64,000 nt of DNA from a virus. Position numbers and translations under genes: made by a program. Shown piece after piece: positions 27,357 to 36,797 of this stretch. The stretch is from the IMG/VR virus record IMGVR_UViG_3300044977_000034, positions 14,059 through 78,058 of that record. The stretch is one strand, 5' to 3'. Below the pieces are notes generated by a model. The model was not told the DNA's origin and made no database searches. It was given only the letters and a program-made list of their open reading frames with translations. Position 1 is the stretch's first letter; each line of letters starts with the position of its first letter.

Positions 27357-27371
27357 TTGCAGTTCGTGCAA
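27357..27371. promoter_or_regulatory. Operator TTGCA-N5-TGCAA
   Basis: TTGCAGTTCGTGCAA between the primase and helicase genes. Confidence 0.65.
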
Positions 27372-27377
27372 GTCGCA

Positions 27378-28574
27378 TCAACGGCCCTCCTCCAGCAAGA
27401 GCTGGTTGTAGTCTTTGCCGGTCGGCGGCCAGCTAATCTCGACGTTGAGTTCCTGCGCCTTGAAACGACGCACCGCGACCGCGAGAACGCCTGCCGTGGC
27501 GTAGCTCTCCGAGTCGGTGTCCGCGATGATGATGACGGAGCGGATGCCCTGCGGCAGGATGAGGCCTGGAGCCTTTGGGTCCGGCAGGCCGTTGGGCATG
27601 CGCCTGGGGCGCCCTTCCGGGTCGACGAGGGTCTTGTGGGCAATGTTGCCGGTGGCGCGCCCCGCTAGGTTGCCCAGGTCGACCGCCGCCGCCAGCATGA
27701 CCTCTTCAGGCCCAAGCCCGAGCTGGTGCCAAGCCAGGGCGTTCTCCCAGCCCTCCGCTATCGCGATCGTCTCGGCAGGCCGCCCCAGGCGGATCATGCC
27801 GCCGTGCTTCTTGCCCCGGATCTTCTTCGGGCTGTTTCGCGGGCTCCCGGTGGGTTGCCATTTTCGGGGCTCGTTGGGGTCGAGGTAGGTCTGCGAGATG
27901 CCGATGACCTCGCCCAGCGCGTCGCGGATAATCGCGATCAGCGCGGGGACGCTGGCGAGGAGGACCGGCTCGTTCGAGCCATTGTCCCCGGCGCCCCAGT
28001 AATCGAGAGCGGTCACGAATCGTAAGTCGCCCGTGAGCCAGCGCGGCGGGGTCAGCCCGCGTGTTTCGCGCATGTAGCGATCGGCGTGGGTTGTCCCATC
28101 GAGCGGCTTGGCGCGCTTGATGATGTCGGAGACCTTGGCCTCGTCCGCCGCCGCCTTGGCCTCCAGGGCGGCCCGCTCGTCCGCCTCGCGCTTGGCATAT
28201 TCGGTCGCCAGCGCGGCGTGCCGTTGCTCCCGCTTCTTCCGCTCTTCGGCGCTCTCATCGCGGGTCCGGTCCGGGCGCGGCGTGCCGGTGATTCGCTCTA
28301 CCGCCTCGATGAAGTCACAGCCGATGACGTGCATCACGAGATTGATGGCGTCGCCCGCGCCATACGAGCCTTCGCCCGAGCCTCGGCAGTTAAAGATGCG
28401 CTTCTGTTGGTTTACGGCGAAGCGGTCTCGGCCGCCGCAGATCGGGCAGGGGCCGATCCACTCATGGCCCTCTCTTTTGAGGTGGGCGCCATGCTCGACC
28501 GCGACGTCGTGGATGTCCCGCGTGCGGGCGACCGCGATCCAATTCTCCCATTCTGCTCGACTTGCACGCGCCAT
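27378..28574 (-). CDS. DNA primase (Zn finger plus TOPRIM, P4-alpha-like)
   Basis: GPCPICGGRDRF, IAEGWENAL, IIADTD, GKDYN. Confidence 0.88.
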   Translation of the reverse strand: MARASRAEWENWIAVARTRDIHDVAVEHGAHLKREGHEWIGPCPICGGRDRFAVNQQKRIFNCRGSGEGSYGAGDAINLVMHVIGCDFIEAVERITGTPRPDRTRDESAEERKKREQRHAALATEYAKREADERAALEAKAAADEAKVSDIIKRAKPLDGTTHADRYMRETRGLTPPRWLTGDLRFVTALDYWGAGDNGSNEPVLLASVPALIAIIRDALGEVIGISQTYLDPNEPRKWQPTGSPRNSPKKIRGKKHGGMIRLGRPAETIAIAEGWENALAWHQLGLGPEEVMLAAAVDLGNLAGRATGNIAHKTLVDPEGRPRRMPNGLPDPKAPGLILPQGIRSVIIIADTDSESYATAGVLAVAVRRFKAQELNVEISWPPTGKDYNQLLLEEGR

Positions 28575-28634
28575 TCGCTCGGTCCGCCTTCCGAATTGGG
28601 CGCTAAATTCAACGTCTGGTTCGTCGCAGCATCC

Positions 28635-28943
28635 TCACTGGAACGCCGAGGTAAATGTCGCCATCGCCTGCTTGGCGATCGTCCTCACCCACTCTGGGCG
28701 CGGGTGCTTCTCATCGACGTTCTGCCATGCGCCGACAATGTGCGTGAATACGTCCGCCGCCGCCTCCATGGCGATCAGGCGCTTGAGGTGCTCCTTGCCC
28801 TCCTTGCTCTGGCAGTACAGGAAGGAATTGGCCTCAAAGCCGGTGCGCAGCCCATAGGCGCGCTCGATGAGCACATCGCGGATGAAGCAGAGCATGCGCT
28901 CGCGCTTCTCGTCCTTGGCGTCGATGACGGGCGCGTCGGTCAT
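28635..28943 (-). CDS. Hypothetical protein
   Basis: ATGA coupling, GGAGG RBS. Confidence 0.65.
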   Translation of the reverse strand: MTDAPVIDAKDEKRERMLCFIRDVLIERAYGLRTGFEANSFLYCQSKEGKEHLKRLIAMEAAADVFTHIVGAWQNVDEKHPRPEWVRTIAKQAMATFTSAFQ

Positions 28944-29494
28944 GCGGCCCGCCTCCGGAACGGAACGACCTCGACGCATTGTTTGTGCATAAGCTTGGAG
29001 ATCAGCGGCGCTTGGCCGTGGGCGAGGCTGGCGAACCAGAACAGGCAGCCCGCGTCCGCCTCATCGTCGTTCTGCGGATTCCAGCCGAGCAACCGGCACA
29101 TCGCGCGCGAGCGCCGCTTGGCGACGTCGCGCTTGAGCCCGCCATGGCCCAAAAACCCCTTGCGGGCGGTCGTGATCCTGACGGGGTGCACCGGCACGCC
29201 CTTGAGGCGCGCGGCAGAGCCAATGATCATGTAAAGGCCGTTAAGCCGCACGCGGGACGCGGCGCTCGATTGGCCTTCCTTCCCCCCAAACGCCATCGGC
29301 TCCTCCATCCAGATTTCGTCCGGGCGATCATCAGTCAGCCGATGGGCGATCCATCTCAAGGCCCGAGCGCCCACCTCCAGCTGGTTGTCCCCGATATCCC
29401 CAAAGTGAACAGTTTCGAGTCGTGGCTTCTCCCCCGCCTCGCCGGAAGCGAGGCCGCACTGCGTTGCCGCATCGATGGCGAGGATCTTGGGCAT
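28940..29494 (-). CDS. RuvC-like Holliday junction resolvase
   Basis: ILAIDAA..CG, IWMEEP, NDDEADA. Confidence 0.8.
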   Translation of the reverse strand: MPKILAIDAATQCGLASGEAGEKPRLETVHFGDIGDNQLEVGARALRWIAHRLTDDRPDEIWMEEPMAFGGKEGQSSAASRVRLNGLYMIIGSAARLKGVPVHPVRITTARKGFLGHGGLKRDVAKRRSRAMCRLLGWNPQNDDEADAGCLFWFASLAHGQAPLISKLMHKQCVEVVPFRRRAA

Positions 29495-29505
29495 GGTCGG
29501 CCGCC

Positions 29506-29955
29506 TTATTCGGCGGCGGCGGCATCTTCTTCGGGCGCCGGATCTTCCTCGCGCACCAGCTCATCGATGGGATCGCGCCGCTTCTTGCGCGGGCGCGGCG
29601 CGCTAGCCGTCCTGGCCGCATCCATGGCGGCCTTGCCGAGCGGGGAATCGGCGAACGTCCCGAGGTGGAGCTGGAGCCTGTCGAGGGCCGTCTGGGTGAC
29701 CTCGTCCAGCTCGTTTTCGAGCAGCTCCATCTTGCGCACATATTCGCGCTGCTTCACGCCCACCTTCAACGCTTTTTTGTCGAAACCCTTGGTTTTGACG
29801 GCGTCTTCGATGGTGTCCTTGATGGCTTCATGAAGGGGTTTGCAGCGGTTCATATAGAGGGATTTTTCGGCCCTCAGATCGGCCATGTAGCCTTCGATGG
29901 CGTGGACGACGTTTTCGGTTTCCTCTTGCGTCGGCCCATTCGGTCGCTCGGTCAT
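29506..29955 (-). CDS. GapR/DUF2312-like DNA-binding protein
   Basis: IKDTIEDAVKTKGFDKKALKVGVKQR resembles the GapR signature. Confidence 0.6.
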   Translation of the reverse strand: MTERPNGPTQEETENVVHAIEGYMADLRAEKSLYMNRCKPLHEAIKDTIEDAVKTKGFDKKALKVGVKQREYVRKMELLENELDEVTQTALDRLQLHLGTFADSPLGKAAMDAARTASAPRPRKKRRDPIDELVREEDPAPEEDAAAAE

Positions 29956-30179
29956 ACTGCCTCCTTGGCATCGGGTTTCGACTGGGAGGAGACAGCAAAC
30001 ATCAGATCGCTAATGTCGACTTCGCCCTCGGTCGCCTCAATGATTTTAATGAGGTTTTGGCGCTTGGGGATCGTCGCGCCCGAGAGCAGTCGATAGATCG
30101 TGGTTGGATGGACGCCCACCTTCGCCGCGAATTGCTCGGGATTCATTTCGTGGCTAGCTAGATATTCGCTCAAGCGCAT
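29952..30179 (-). CDS. Cro/C1-type HTH regulator (probably leaderless)
   Basis: MRLSEYL...FAAKVGVHPTTIYRLLSG..IP...IIEATEGEV; TTGCAT-16-TATCGT ends 6 nt before the ATG. Confidence 0.88.
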   Translation of the reverse strand: MRLSEYLASHEMNPEQFAAKVGVHPTTIYRLLSGATIPKRQNLIKIIEATEGEVDISDLMFAVSSQSKPDAKEAV

Positions 30180-30185
30180 CCGCCT

Positions 30186-30251
30186 ACGATAGCGCGAGTT
30201 GCGGTCGATGCAAATTCCCACTTGCTTCTCATCTTGCAGATCGTGCAAGAT
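30186..30251. promoter_or_regulatory. Divergent control region with two operators
   Basis: TTGCGGTCGATGCAA (30199-213) and TTGCAGATCGTGCAA (30234-48). Confidence 0.7.
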
Positions 30252-30407
30252 TGAGTCGCCCATCGATCAGCGGTTCGGCCGATTCGAGCGCTGTCGTCGG
30301 GAACGGCAAGCGAAGTAGGCCGCTAAGGCGCGCGCCAACCGCCGATCGGTCCACGGGAGGTCGGGGGGCGGCCCCAGTCAGGGTCGTCCCCCGCAGGAGT
30401 CGAAAAC

Positions 30408-30896
30408 ATGAGATATCGCATTCAAGTTTTGGTCGATAGCGATCGTCTGCCAGCCGTCATCGAGGCCGCCTTCGGTGGCGAGCTGGGCTATGACCCCGAG
30501 CTGAAGGTCTGGCCTGCGTCGCAGCCGGAGACGCCGCAAAATGCGGCCTACGCAGCCACGCGGAGGATGATCGACAGGAACCTCTACAAGGCGCCGGAGA
30601 GGCCGAAAGACCACTCGCAAGTCGGCGGCGTTCACCGCGAGACGCTCCTCGCCCAAAGGGCGGCGCGGAGCCGCTACAGCAAGCCAAACATGCGCGCCGA
30701 GTTGGTCGAGGCGGCGCTGAAGACGGGGCCGAAACGCTGGAGCGATCTAAGGACGGCCCTCGCGACGGGCGGGCTCTCCGAATCGTCGCTGAACAGCTTG
30801 ATCAGCAAGTGGCAGAAAGCGGGCAAGATCGTCCGGCAGGACGGTGGCCTCTGGAGCTTGACCTATGCGGAAGCGCAAAAAGCGCATGCTGGATGA
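30408..30896 (+). CDS. Hypothetical protein with C-terminal winged-helix-like domain
   Basis: GGAGTCGAA RBS; helix-turn-helix plus beta hairpin (GKIVRQDGGLWSL). Confidence 0.65.
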   Translation: MRYRIQVLVDSDRLPAVIEAAFGGELGYDPELKVWPASQPETPQNAAYAATRRMIDRNLYKAPERPKDHSQVGGVHRETLLAQRAARSRYSKPNMRAELVEAALKTGPKRWSDLRTALATGGLSESSLNSLISKWQKAGKIVRQDGGLWSLTYAEAQKAHAG

Positions 30897-31290
30897 CTTT
30901 CCGGATCTGGAATGGCTCGGCCAGTACATCCTCGGCGGCGAGGACGGGCATACGCCGGTCCCCTGCTACAGCCTGCACAAATGGGGCAGATGGCTGGAGG
31001 AGAAGGTCGAGCATCGGAGCCTCTGGTGGACCGGCAATGAGACCAAGTGGGTCTCGACGGTCTTCCTTGGCCTCGATCATCAGCATTGGCGCGGCCCGCC
31101 GCTTCTCTTTGAGACCATGGCATTCGTCCACGAGGGCCGAATGATGGACCTCGGCAACGGTCCGCAGCCAGTCCCCGAGACCCTCTGCCAAGAGCGCTAC
31201 AGCTCTTGGGACGATGCGGAAATAGGGCATCGGTCGGCGGTCCGGAAATATCTCGTCAACCAAAAGACCCGCGCGGTGAAGGCAGAATGA
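30886..31290 (+). CDS. Hypothetical phage protein (VSTVFLGLDH...PLLFETM)
   Basis: Motif seen in phage proteins. Confidence 0.75.
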   Translation: MLDDFPDLEWLGQYILGGEDGHTPVPCYSLHKWGRWLEEKVEHRSLWWTGNETKWVSTVFLGLDHQHWRGPPLLFETMAFVHEGRMMDLGNGPQPVPETLCQERYSSWDDAEIGHRSAVRKYLVNQKTRAVKAE

Positions 31291-31778
31291 TCGGGCGACA
31301 ATTCGGAAGGCTCCAAGTCATTGGGCTTCGGAGCGACGGAAGGCGCATTCTCGCGGTTTGCCGCTGTGACTGCGGCGGGCAAAAAGAGACGCGGCGGGAT
31401 GCTTTGGCATCCGGAGCCACACGATCATGCGGATGTTTAAACAGAGAGCTGTCAACGGCGAGAGCAATCCGCGCTGGAGAAACAAACCGAAAGCATGGGG
31501 AAAGCTGGCCGCCCACGAAGGAATATAAGGCGTGGCAGTCGATGTGGCAGCGATGCGGCAACCCAAAAAACGCGAAATATGACCTCTATGGCGGTTGCGG
31601 AATCACAGTCTGCGAACGCTGGCGCGAGTACGGCAACTTCCTCGCGGCCCTCGGCCGCGCGCCGTCACCTACGCATTCGCTTGATCGTTGGCCTAATCCA
31701 AGCGGGAATTACGAGCCAGGGAACGTTCGCTGGGCGACGGCGGAGGAACAGCGCGCGAACAGGAGGGACGCGCAGTGA
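31287..31778 (+). CDS. HNH-type homing endonuclease
   Basis: GRQFGRLQV, CRCDCG, SCGC, GITVCERW, HSLDR.P...GNYEPGNVRWAT. Confidence 0.88.
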   Translation: MIGRQFGRLQVIGLRSDGRRILAVCRCDCGGQKETRRDALASGATRSCGCLNRELSTARAIRAGETNRKHGESWPPTKEYKAWQSMWQRCGNPKNAKYDLYGGCGITVCERWREYGNFLAALGRAPSPTHSLDRWPNPSGNYEPGNVRWATAEEQRANRRDAQ

Positions 31779-32716
31779 TCCATTCCGCGCCAATCGGAAG
31801 TCGCGAGCAATGGCTTGCGCGCCGCCGCCTCAACGTCAACGCCTCTGAGGCCGCCGCGCTATTCGGACCCGACATCCACCCATATCTGAGCCCGTTTAAG
31901 CTCTGGGCGCTCAAGAGCGGCAAGCTCCCCGATCAGGAGGACAGCCCGATCCTCCAGCGCGGGCGCAAGTTCGAGCCGGTCGTCATCGAGATCCTCAAGG
32001 AGGACTATCCCGACTGGCACCTTAGCCCAGCCAACGTCTATTACTGGGACGATTCGACGAGGATCGGCGCCACGCCCGACGTCTACGCCACCCGGCCTGC
32101 CGACTACGGCCGAGGGACGGTACAGATCAAAACCGTCGGCCAGTTCGCGTTCAAGCGCCGCTGGCATGACGAACACGGGAACATCGCGGTGCCCACCTGG
32201 GTGGCCGTCCAGGCCAGCGTCGAGGCCTATCTGATCGGGGCGTCATGGGCTGGCGTGGCGGCGATGAAGCTCGGGGACGGCGGCATCGAGATCGCCTACA
32301 TCGACATCCCGCTCAAGCCTCACCTGATCCACAAGATCGAGGATCTGACCGGCGAGTTCTGGCGCCGGGTGCAGGCCGACGAGCCCTATGACCCGGACTT
32401 CGGCCGCGACCGCAAAGTGATCTTCGACCTGTACGCGGAAGGCTCCGGGCCGATCATCGACCTCACTGACGACGCCGAGTTCCGCGAGATCCTGGCCGAG
32501 CGCGCGCAGTTCAAGCAAGTCGAGAAGGCGGGCACCAACGCGGCCGAGGAGCGCAAGATTCTCGACGCCCGGATCATCCAGAAGCTCGGCAATGCTCCGG
32601 CCGCGCGCAGCGGCGCGCGCTTGGTGACGGTCAGAGTGGTTAAAAAGAAAGCCTACCAAGTGAAGGCCACGCAATATCCGCAAGTGACCGTGAAAGGGGC
32701 CGATGATGGCGACTGA
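31775..32716 (+). CDS. YqaJ/lambda-exonuclease family recombinase
   Basis: WLARRR..VNASEAA, RGRKFEP, GATPD, QIKT. Confidence 0.88.
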   Translation: MIHSAPIGSREQWLARRRLNVNASEAAALFGPDIHPYLSPFKLWALKSGKLPDQEDSPILQRGRKFEPVVIEILKEDYPDWHLSPANVYYWDDSTRIGATPDVYATRPADYGRGTVQIKTVGQFAFKRRWHDEHGNIAVPTWVAVQASVEAYLIGASWAGVAAMKLGDGGIEIAYIDIPLKPHLIHKIEDLTGEFWRRVQADEPYDPDFGRDRKVIFDLYAEGSGPIIDLTDDAEFREILAERAQFKQVEKAGTNAAEERKILDARIIQKLGNAPAARSGARLVTVRVVKKKAYQVKATQYPQVTVKGADDGD

Positions 32717-33965
32717 GTCGAGGGATCTCACGATCGCGCAAGACCTTGGCCACAGGTTGCCTCAGTTCGAGGCCGCGCTGACCGGGACCGGCGTCGATCC
32801 CAAGCGGTTCATCCGAGTGGTGATGACGGCCATTAACATAAATCCGGACCTCCTCGCTTGTGAAAGGCGGTCTTTAATGAACGCGGCCATGCGCGCCGCG
32901 AGCGACGGTCTCGTGCCGGACGGAATCGACGGCGCCCTGGTCCCATTCGAGGGCAAGGTCACATGGATGCCGATGATCGCGGGCATCCGAAAGAAGGTCC
33001 GCCGGAGTGGCGAGGTGACCAGCTGGGACGTGACGGCGGTCTTCCAAAAGGATCGCTTCGACTACGAGCTGGGCGACGATCCGTTCATCAAGCACAAGCC
33101 CTACGATGCGCCGGAGCTGCCGCGCGCCGACGGCGAAGCCGATGAGGATTACAACCGGCGGCTGCGCAAACATCTCGACCACGGACAGCTGACCCACGTC
33201 TATTCGGTCGCGAAGATCAAAGGCGGCGACAAGTCGCGCGACGTCATGACGCGGGCCGAGGTCGAGCTGGTGCGCGATAGCTATGCGCGGAAGAACAAGA
33301 AGGGCGAGTTCTCGCCAGCCTGGAGGAAATCGTTCGCTGAGATGGCGAAGAAGACGATCGCGCGGCGGCACGCCAAGCAGCTGCCGATGTCCACGGACAT
33401 CCTGGCTTTGCTCTCTCGCGATGATGACCTATATGATGTGGACAGAGAGCGCGCGGACCGCATTCAAGCGCCCAGCGTGCTCGATGACCGCCTAGAGCTT
33501 CTCGTCGGAGTCGATCCTGAGACTGGCGAATTTGGTTCTGCTGAAGGGGTGTCGACTCCCCCATCGCAGGAACGCGCGGCCCCCCATGACATCTCCGGAG
33601 TAGGCGCCGGGGACGAGGGGGCCGCGCAACATCTCGAATCCCGAGCGGTGATCCCCGCCGCTCCGGATGGCGCGGCGGACAGGGGCTCGCAGCCGACCGC
33701 CGCGCAGCCCGAGCTGGCGACTACCGCACTAGAACCCAGCTCGCCAGCGCCACCGGGAGTCTCGCAAACCCCCGCACCAGCTCCCGGTGGTACTCCCCGC
33801 GATCTCCTGACGCCGCCGGTCGAGCAGCGCGGCGCAGACATGGCCAAAAGAGGTAGGCCGGAGCTGGAGCGCTGGGTGAACGAATTGCCGCCCGATGAAA
33901 TGGCGAAGATCTCCCTGGCCCAGCTCAAGGCATGGCGCGGCGTCGCCGACAAGGTGGCGACCTGA
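32703..33965 (+). CDS. recT: RecT-family single-strand annealing protein
   Basis: RFIRV, LLAC...SLM.A...A...GL.P, LVPF, F.YELG, EMAKKT. Confidence 0.9.
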   Translation: MMATESRDLTIAQDLGHRLPQFEAALTGTGVDPKRFIRVVMTAININPDLLACERRSLMNAAMRAASDGLVPDGIDGALVPFEGKVTWMPMIAGIRKKVRRSGEVTSWDVTAVFQKDRFDYELGDDPFIKHKPYDAPELPRADGEADEDYNRRLRKHLDHGQLTHVYSVAKIKGGDKSRDVMTRAEVELVRDSYARKNKKGEFSPAWRKSFAEMAKKTIARRHAKQLPMSTDILALLSRDDDLYDVDRERADRIQAPSVLDDRLELLVGVDPETGEFGSAEGVSTPPSQERAAPHDISGVGAGDEGAAQHLESRAVIPAAPDGAADRGSQPTAAQPELATTALEPSSPAPPGVSQTPAPAPGGTPRDLLTPPVEQRGADMAKRGRPELERWVNELPPDEMAKISLAQLKAWRGVADKVAT

Positions 33966-34177
33966 TGACGAAGGAAGAATGGCTCGCCGATCTGAAGAAG
34001 CGCGCGCTGGAGCTGGCCCGCGCCGGGGATCTCCAGCACGCGGTCAGCCTGATGGGCGTCGAGATCAACCGGCGGCAGGACATGAAGGTCCACCACGCCT
34101 TTGTCCTGGCCGGTACAATGCACGCGATGAACGATGATTCGCCTGCGGTCATCCACTGGATCGAGTCAATCCAATGA
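33965..34177 (+). CDS. Hypothetical protein
   Basis: TGATG coupling. Confidence 0.65.
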   Translation: MTKEEWLADLKKRALELARAGDLQHAVSLMGVEINRRQDMKVHHAFVLAGTMHAMNDDSPAVIHWIESIQ

Positions 34178-34434
34178 AAACGGTCGCGGAAGGTGACCTA
34201 ATCCAAGTCAATGAGGACGGACCCGCCAATTGGTTCCGGTGCATCCTCGTGGTCGACACGGTCAGGACCTCGTGGGTCCGGGCCTATGCGATCCTTCCCC
34301 AGGCGCGCGGCAAGCCCTCGGCCGACGCTTTCATGCAGCTCGACTGGGAAGAGTTCGATACACTCGGGGTGAAATCCAAGTTCATCATCGCCCCGACGAT
34401 GGATATGTTTGAAGGACAGGGAGAGCCACAATGA
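34174..34434 (+). CDS. Hypothetical protein
   Basis: ATGA coupling. Confidence 0.65.
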   Translation: MKTVAEGDLIQVNEDGPANWFRCILVVDTVRTSWVRAYAILPQARGKPSADAFMQLDWEEFDTLGVKSKFIIAPTMDMFEGQGEPQ

Positions 34435-34913
34435 TGAGCTGGGTACTTGCGCTCCTACCGGGCGCTATCGCGGCGCGGCTGAAAGAGCCGAAGCCGAACG
34501 GGACCGTCGCTCTGCTCGCGCTCAAAGAGCGAAACGCCGAGCTGAAGGAGAAGCTGCGCCTTTGCGAAGCGGCCCGCGACGCAGCTCGCGCCGATCGCGA
34601 CCAAAGCGACGCCCAGCTGCGCATGGTCCTTCGCAGATTCGCGGAGGAACAGGCCGCGCGCCTTCAGCTCCAACGCGACCTGATCGAGGCGCAGGCGTTC
34701 CAGCGCGCCGAGCGCGAAGTCTTGGGGCCGCTCCTCGCCCAAAGCGTCATGCTGCCGCTGCCAGCGCGCGCCATGCTGCCGCTGCCAGCGCCGACGATCG
34801 TGCCGCTGACGCAGAGCCTGGAGAACGCCATGCGGCAAATGGACGAGTTCATCTGCAACTGCGCGCCTGGGCGCCATGAGATCCTCAACCTCAACCGCCT
34901 GTTCGAGGAGTAA
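34431..34913 (+). CDS. Coiled-coil hypothetical protein
   Basis: ATGA coupling; internal MLPLPA tandem repeat. Confidence 0.65.
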   Translation: MMSWVLALLPGAIAARLKEPKPNGTVALLALKERNAELKEKLRLCEAARDAARADRDQSDAQLRMVLRRFAEEQAARLQLQRDLIEAQAFQRAEREVLGPLLAQSVMLPLPARAMLPLPAPTIVPLTQSLENAMRQMDEFICNCAPGRHEILNLNRLFEE

Positions 34914-34954
34914 AACCAACCGGGCCGCCTACGGCCCCTCGGGGGAAGAGTCGA

Positions 34955-35275
34955 ATGAGTGGACGAGCGAAGTGGTCGCTTGCGCAGCGTTTTTGGGCGC
35001 ATGTCGATATTCGGGGGCCAGACGAATGCTGGCCGTGGATGGGCTGCAAGCCCGACAGATATCCATTCTTCCGGGCTGGAACGAAAGCTTATCACGCCTC
35101 TCGCATCGCCTTCATGCTCGCGACCGGGCGGTGGACTGATTACTTGCGGCACTCCTGTGACTATCCGCCGTGCGTCAATCCCGGCCATCTGGTCGAAAGT
35201 ACTCATGCCGAGAACGTCGCCGACATGTACGCGAAGGGGCGCGATCGTTGCTGGGGATGGGGGGTAAGCCGATGA
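34955..35275 (+). CDS. HNH endonuclease (His-Cys type)
   Basis: RFWAHV...CWPWMG, ASRIAF, RHSCDYPPCVNPGHL...ENVAD. Confidence 0.88.
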   Translation: MSGRAKWSLAQRFWAHVDIRGPDECWPWMGCKPDRYPFFRAGTKAYHASRIAFMLATGRWTDYLRHSCDYPPCVNPGHLVESTHAENVADMYAKGRDRCWGWGVSR

Positions 35276-35805
35276 GGCGCGAGTGCGGCGACTGTCAATT
35301 GTGCTGTAAATTATTGCCCGTCAAAGGAATCAACAAGCCCGCGAACACGCGGTGCCAGCATCAGCGGCACGGGAAGGGGTGCGCCGTCTACCACAAGCCC
35401 CAGAAAGGGTTCCCGTGGGAGTGCGGCTACTGGAATTGCGTCTGGCTTCAGGGTGATGACGCGGCGGAGCTGCGCCGCCCGGATCGCGCTCATTACGTTT
35501 TGGATATCATGCCCGATTACGTGACTGCACAGGACCCCAAGCTCGGCGAGGTCCGAATCCCCTGCATCCAGATCTGGTGCGATCCGAAATACCCTGACGC
35601 CCACCGAGACCCCGCGCTGCGGGCATGGCTGATCCGGCGCGACGGATTCGTCGGCCTCGTCCGCTACAGCAACGACAGCGGGGACTTCGTGCTGATCCCG
35701 CCGTACATGATGGAAAACGGCGAGTGGCTTGAGAAGCGCCAAGGCAATGTTCAAGAGGGCAATCATTCGTTCGGCCAAATCCTCGATGCTCTGAGTGGCG
35801 CATGA
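35272..35805 (+). CDS. Cys-cluster (YkgJ-like) protein
   Basis: CGDCQLCC...C.H...GCAVY...C...C. Confidence 0.7.
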   Translation: MRRECGDCQLCCKLLPVKGINKPANTRCQHQRHGKGCAVYHKPQKGFPWECGYWNCVWLQGDDAAELRRPDRAHYVLDIMPDYVTAQDPKLGEVRIPCIQIWCDPKYPDAHRDPALRAWLIRRDGFVGLVRYSNDSGDFVLIPPYMMENGEWLEKRQGNVQEGNHSFGQILDALSGA

Positions 35806-36074
35806 GACGGGCCGCCCTGGCTGTGATCGCCATCACACTGGCGACCGATTCGGCCGCCGCATGCCGCAAGCACGCCATCTGGAAATACCCGTGGCCCCAA
35901 CCGTGCTTCACCGCCTATGCGCCGCAGCCGCTCCGGCATCGCGCCGATGAGCAAAGCCACGACTGGACCGTCGAGATCACCAAGCTGCCGCCGAGGTGGA
36001 ACCTCGACGAGCCGCGCCTGGAAGACCCTGATCGGGCCAAGGGGCTCGATTTACTAAAGGAGCAACTCAAATGA
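35802..36074 (+). CDS. Hypothetical exported protein
   Basis: Signal-peptide-like N-terminus. Confidence 0.55.
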   Translation: MRRAALAVIAITLATDSAAACRKHAIWKYPWPQPCFTAYAPQPLRHRADEQSHDWTVEITKLPPRWNLDEPRLEDPDRAKGLDLLKEQLK

Positions 36075-36409
36075 GTGACGAGTCGAACCACTTCGCTGAT
36101 CACGAAGGACAAGCCATTCGCCCCGGCGTCGGCATCCCAGTGAGCGCGCCACTGCGCGAAACCCCCGCCTTCAAGCGCATGCTCGGGGCCATCCCGCCCT
36201 CCGAGAAAGAGATCCTGGCCGACGCCGATCACGGAATCGCCGCCGTCGCCAACGGCAATGCTGTCAAGCGCTCCGAGGCGCGGCGCGACGCCATTCTCGC
36301 AGTCTCGCTAGCGATCGTGCGGCGCGGCCAGAACCCGGTCACGGACTGGACGACGCGGGACACGGACACGGCCTACGCCATCGCGGACCAGCTCATCGCG
36401 CTGTCATGA
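36071..36409 (+). CDS. Hypothetical protein
   Basis: AAGGAG RBS, ATGA coupling. Confidence 0.65.
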   Translation: MSDESNHFADHEGQAIRPGVGIPVSAPLRETPAFKRMLGAIPPSEKEILADADHGIAAVANGNAVKRSEARRDAILAVSLAIVRRGQNPVTDWTTRDTDTAYAIADQLIALS

Positions 36410-36433
36410 ACCGCCTACAAACGGAGTCGAACC

Positions 36434-36733
36434 ATGCCAAAATTCAGCCATCAAGACCTAGCGGAAGCGTTCCAATTCACCAGCGAGTACGGACCCGGAT
36501 TCGGCGAAAGGTGGTCACTGTCCCAGTCTCGGCAGGAGACAACGAGGCTGAGAAGACGCCTGGAGAGATACGCCATGCCGTTCGAGCTGGTCGACCACGG
36601 AAACGACGTCTGGGAGCTGATTCAAGAGGCTCCGATGAGCCGGTCGGACTATATGGGCCGCCTGTTTGGGCCTGAACGAAAGGACGACAGCAACCGTTGC
36701 CGCGTTGGCGCGTTTGCCTACGACCATTTGTGA
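36434..36733 (+). CDS. Hypothetical protein
   Basis: GGAGTCGAA RBS at 36423. Confidence 0.6.
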   Translation: MPKFSHQDLAEAFQFTSEYGPGFGERWSLSQSRQETTRLRRRLERYAMPFELVDHGNDVWELIQEAPMSRSDYMGRLFGPERKDDSNRCRVGAFAYDHL

Positions 36734-36762
36734 CGAAAGCCCAGGCGTTCACCTAAAAGCAT

Positions 36763-36791
36763 TTGCACGTTGTGCAAAATCTGCCTAAATT
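36763..36791 (+). promoter_or_regulatory. Promoter overlapped by an operator
   Basis: TTGCAC-17-TAAATT; operator TTGCACGTTGTGCAA. Confidence 0.65.
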
Positions 36792-36797
36792 GACGGC

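Noticed and set aside
33507-33514. GGAGTCGA inside recT (also reverse copies near 11189 and 33552)
   Set aside because: Inside coding sequence with no suitably placed ATG; treated as background
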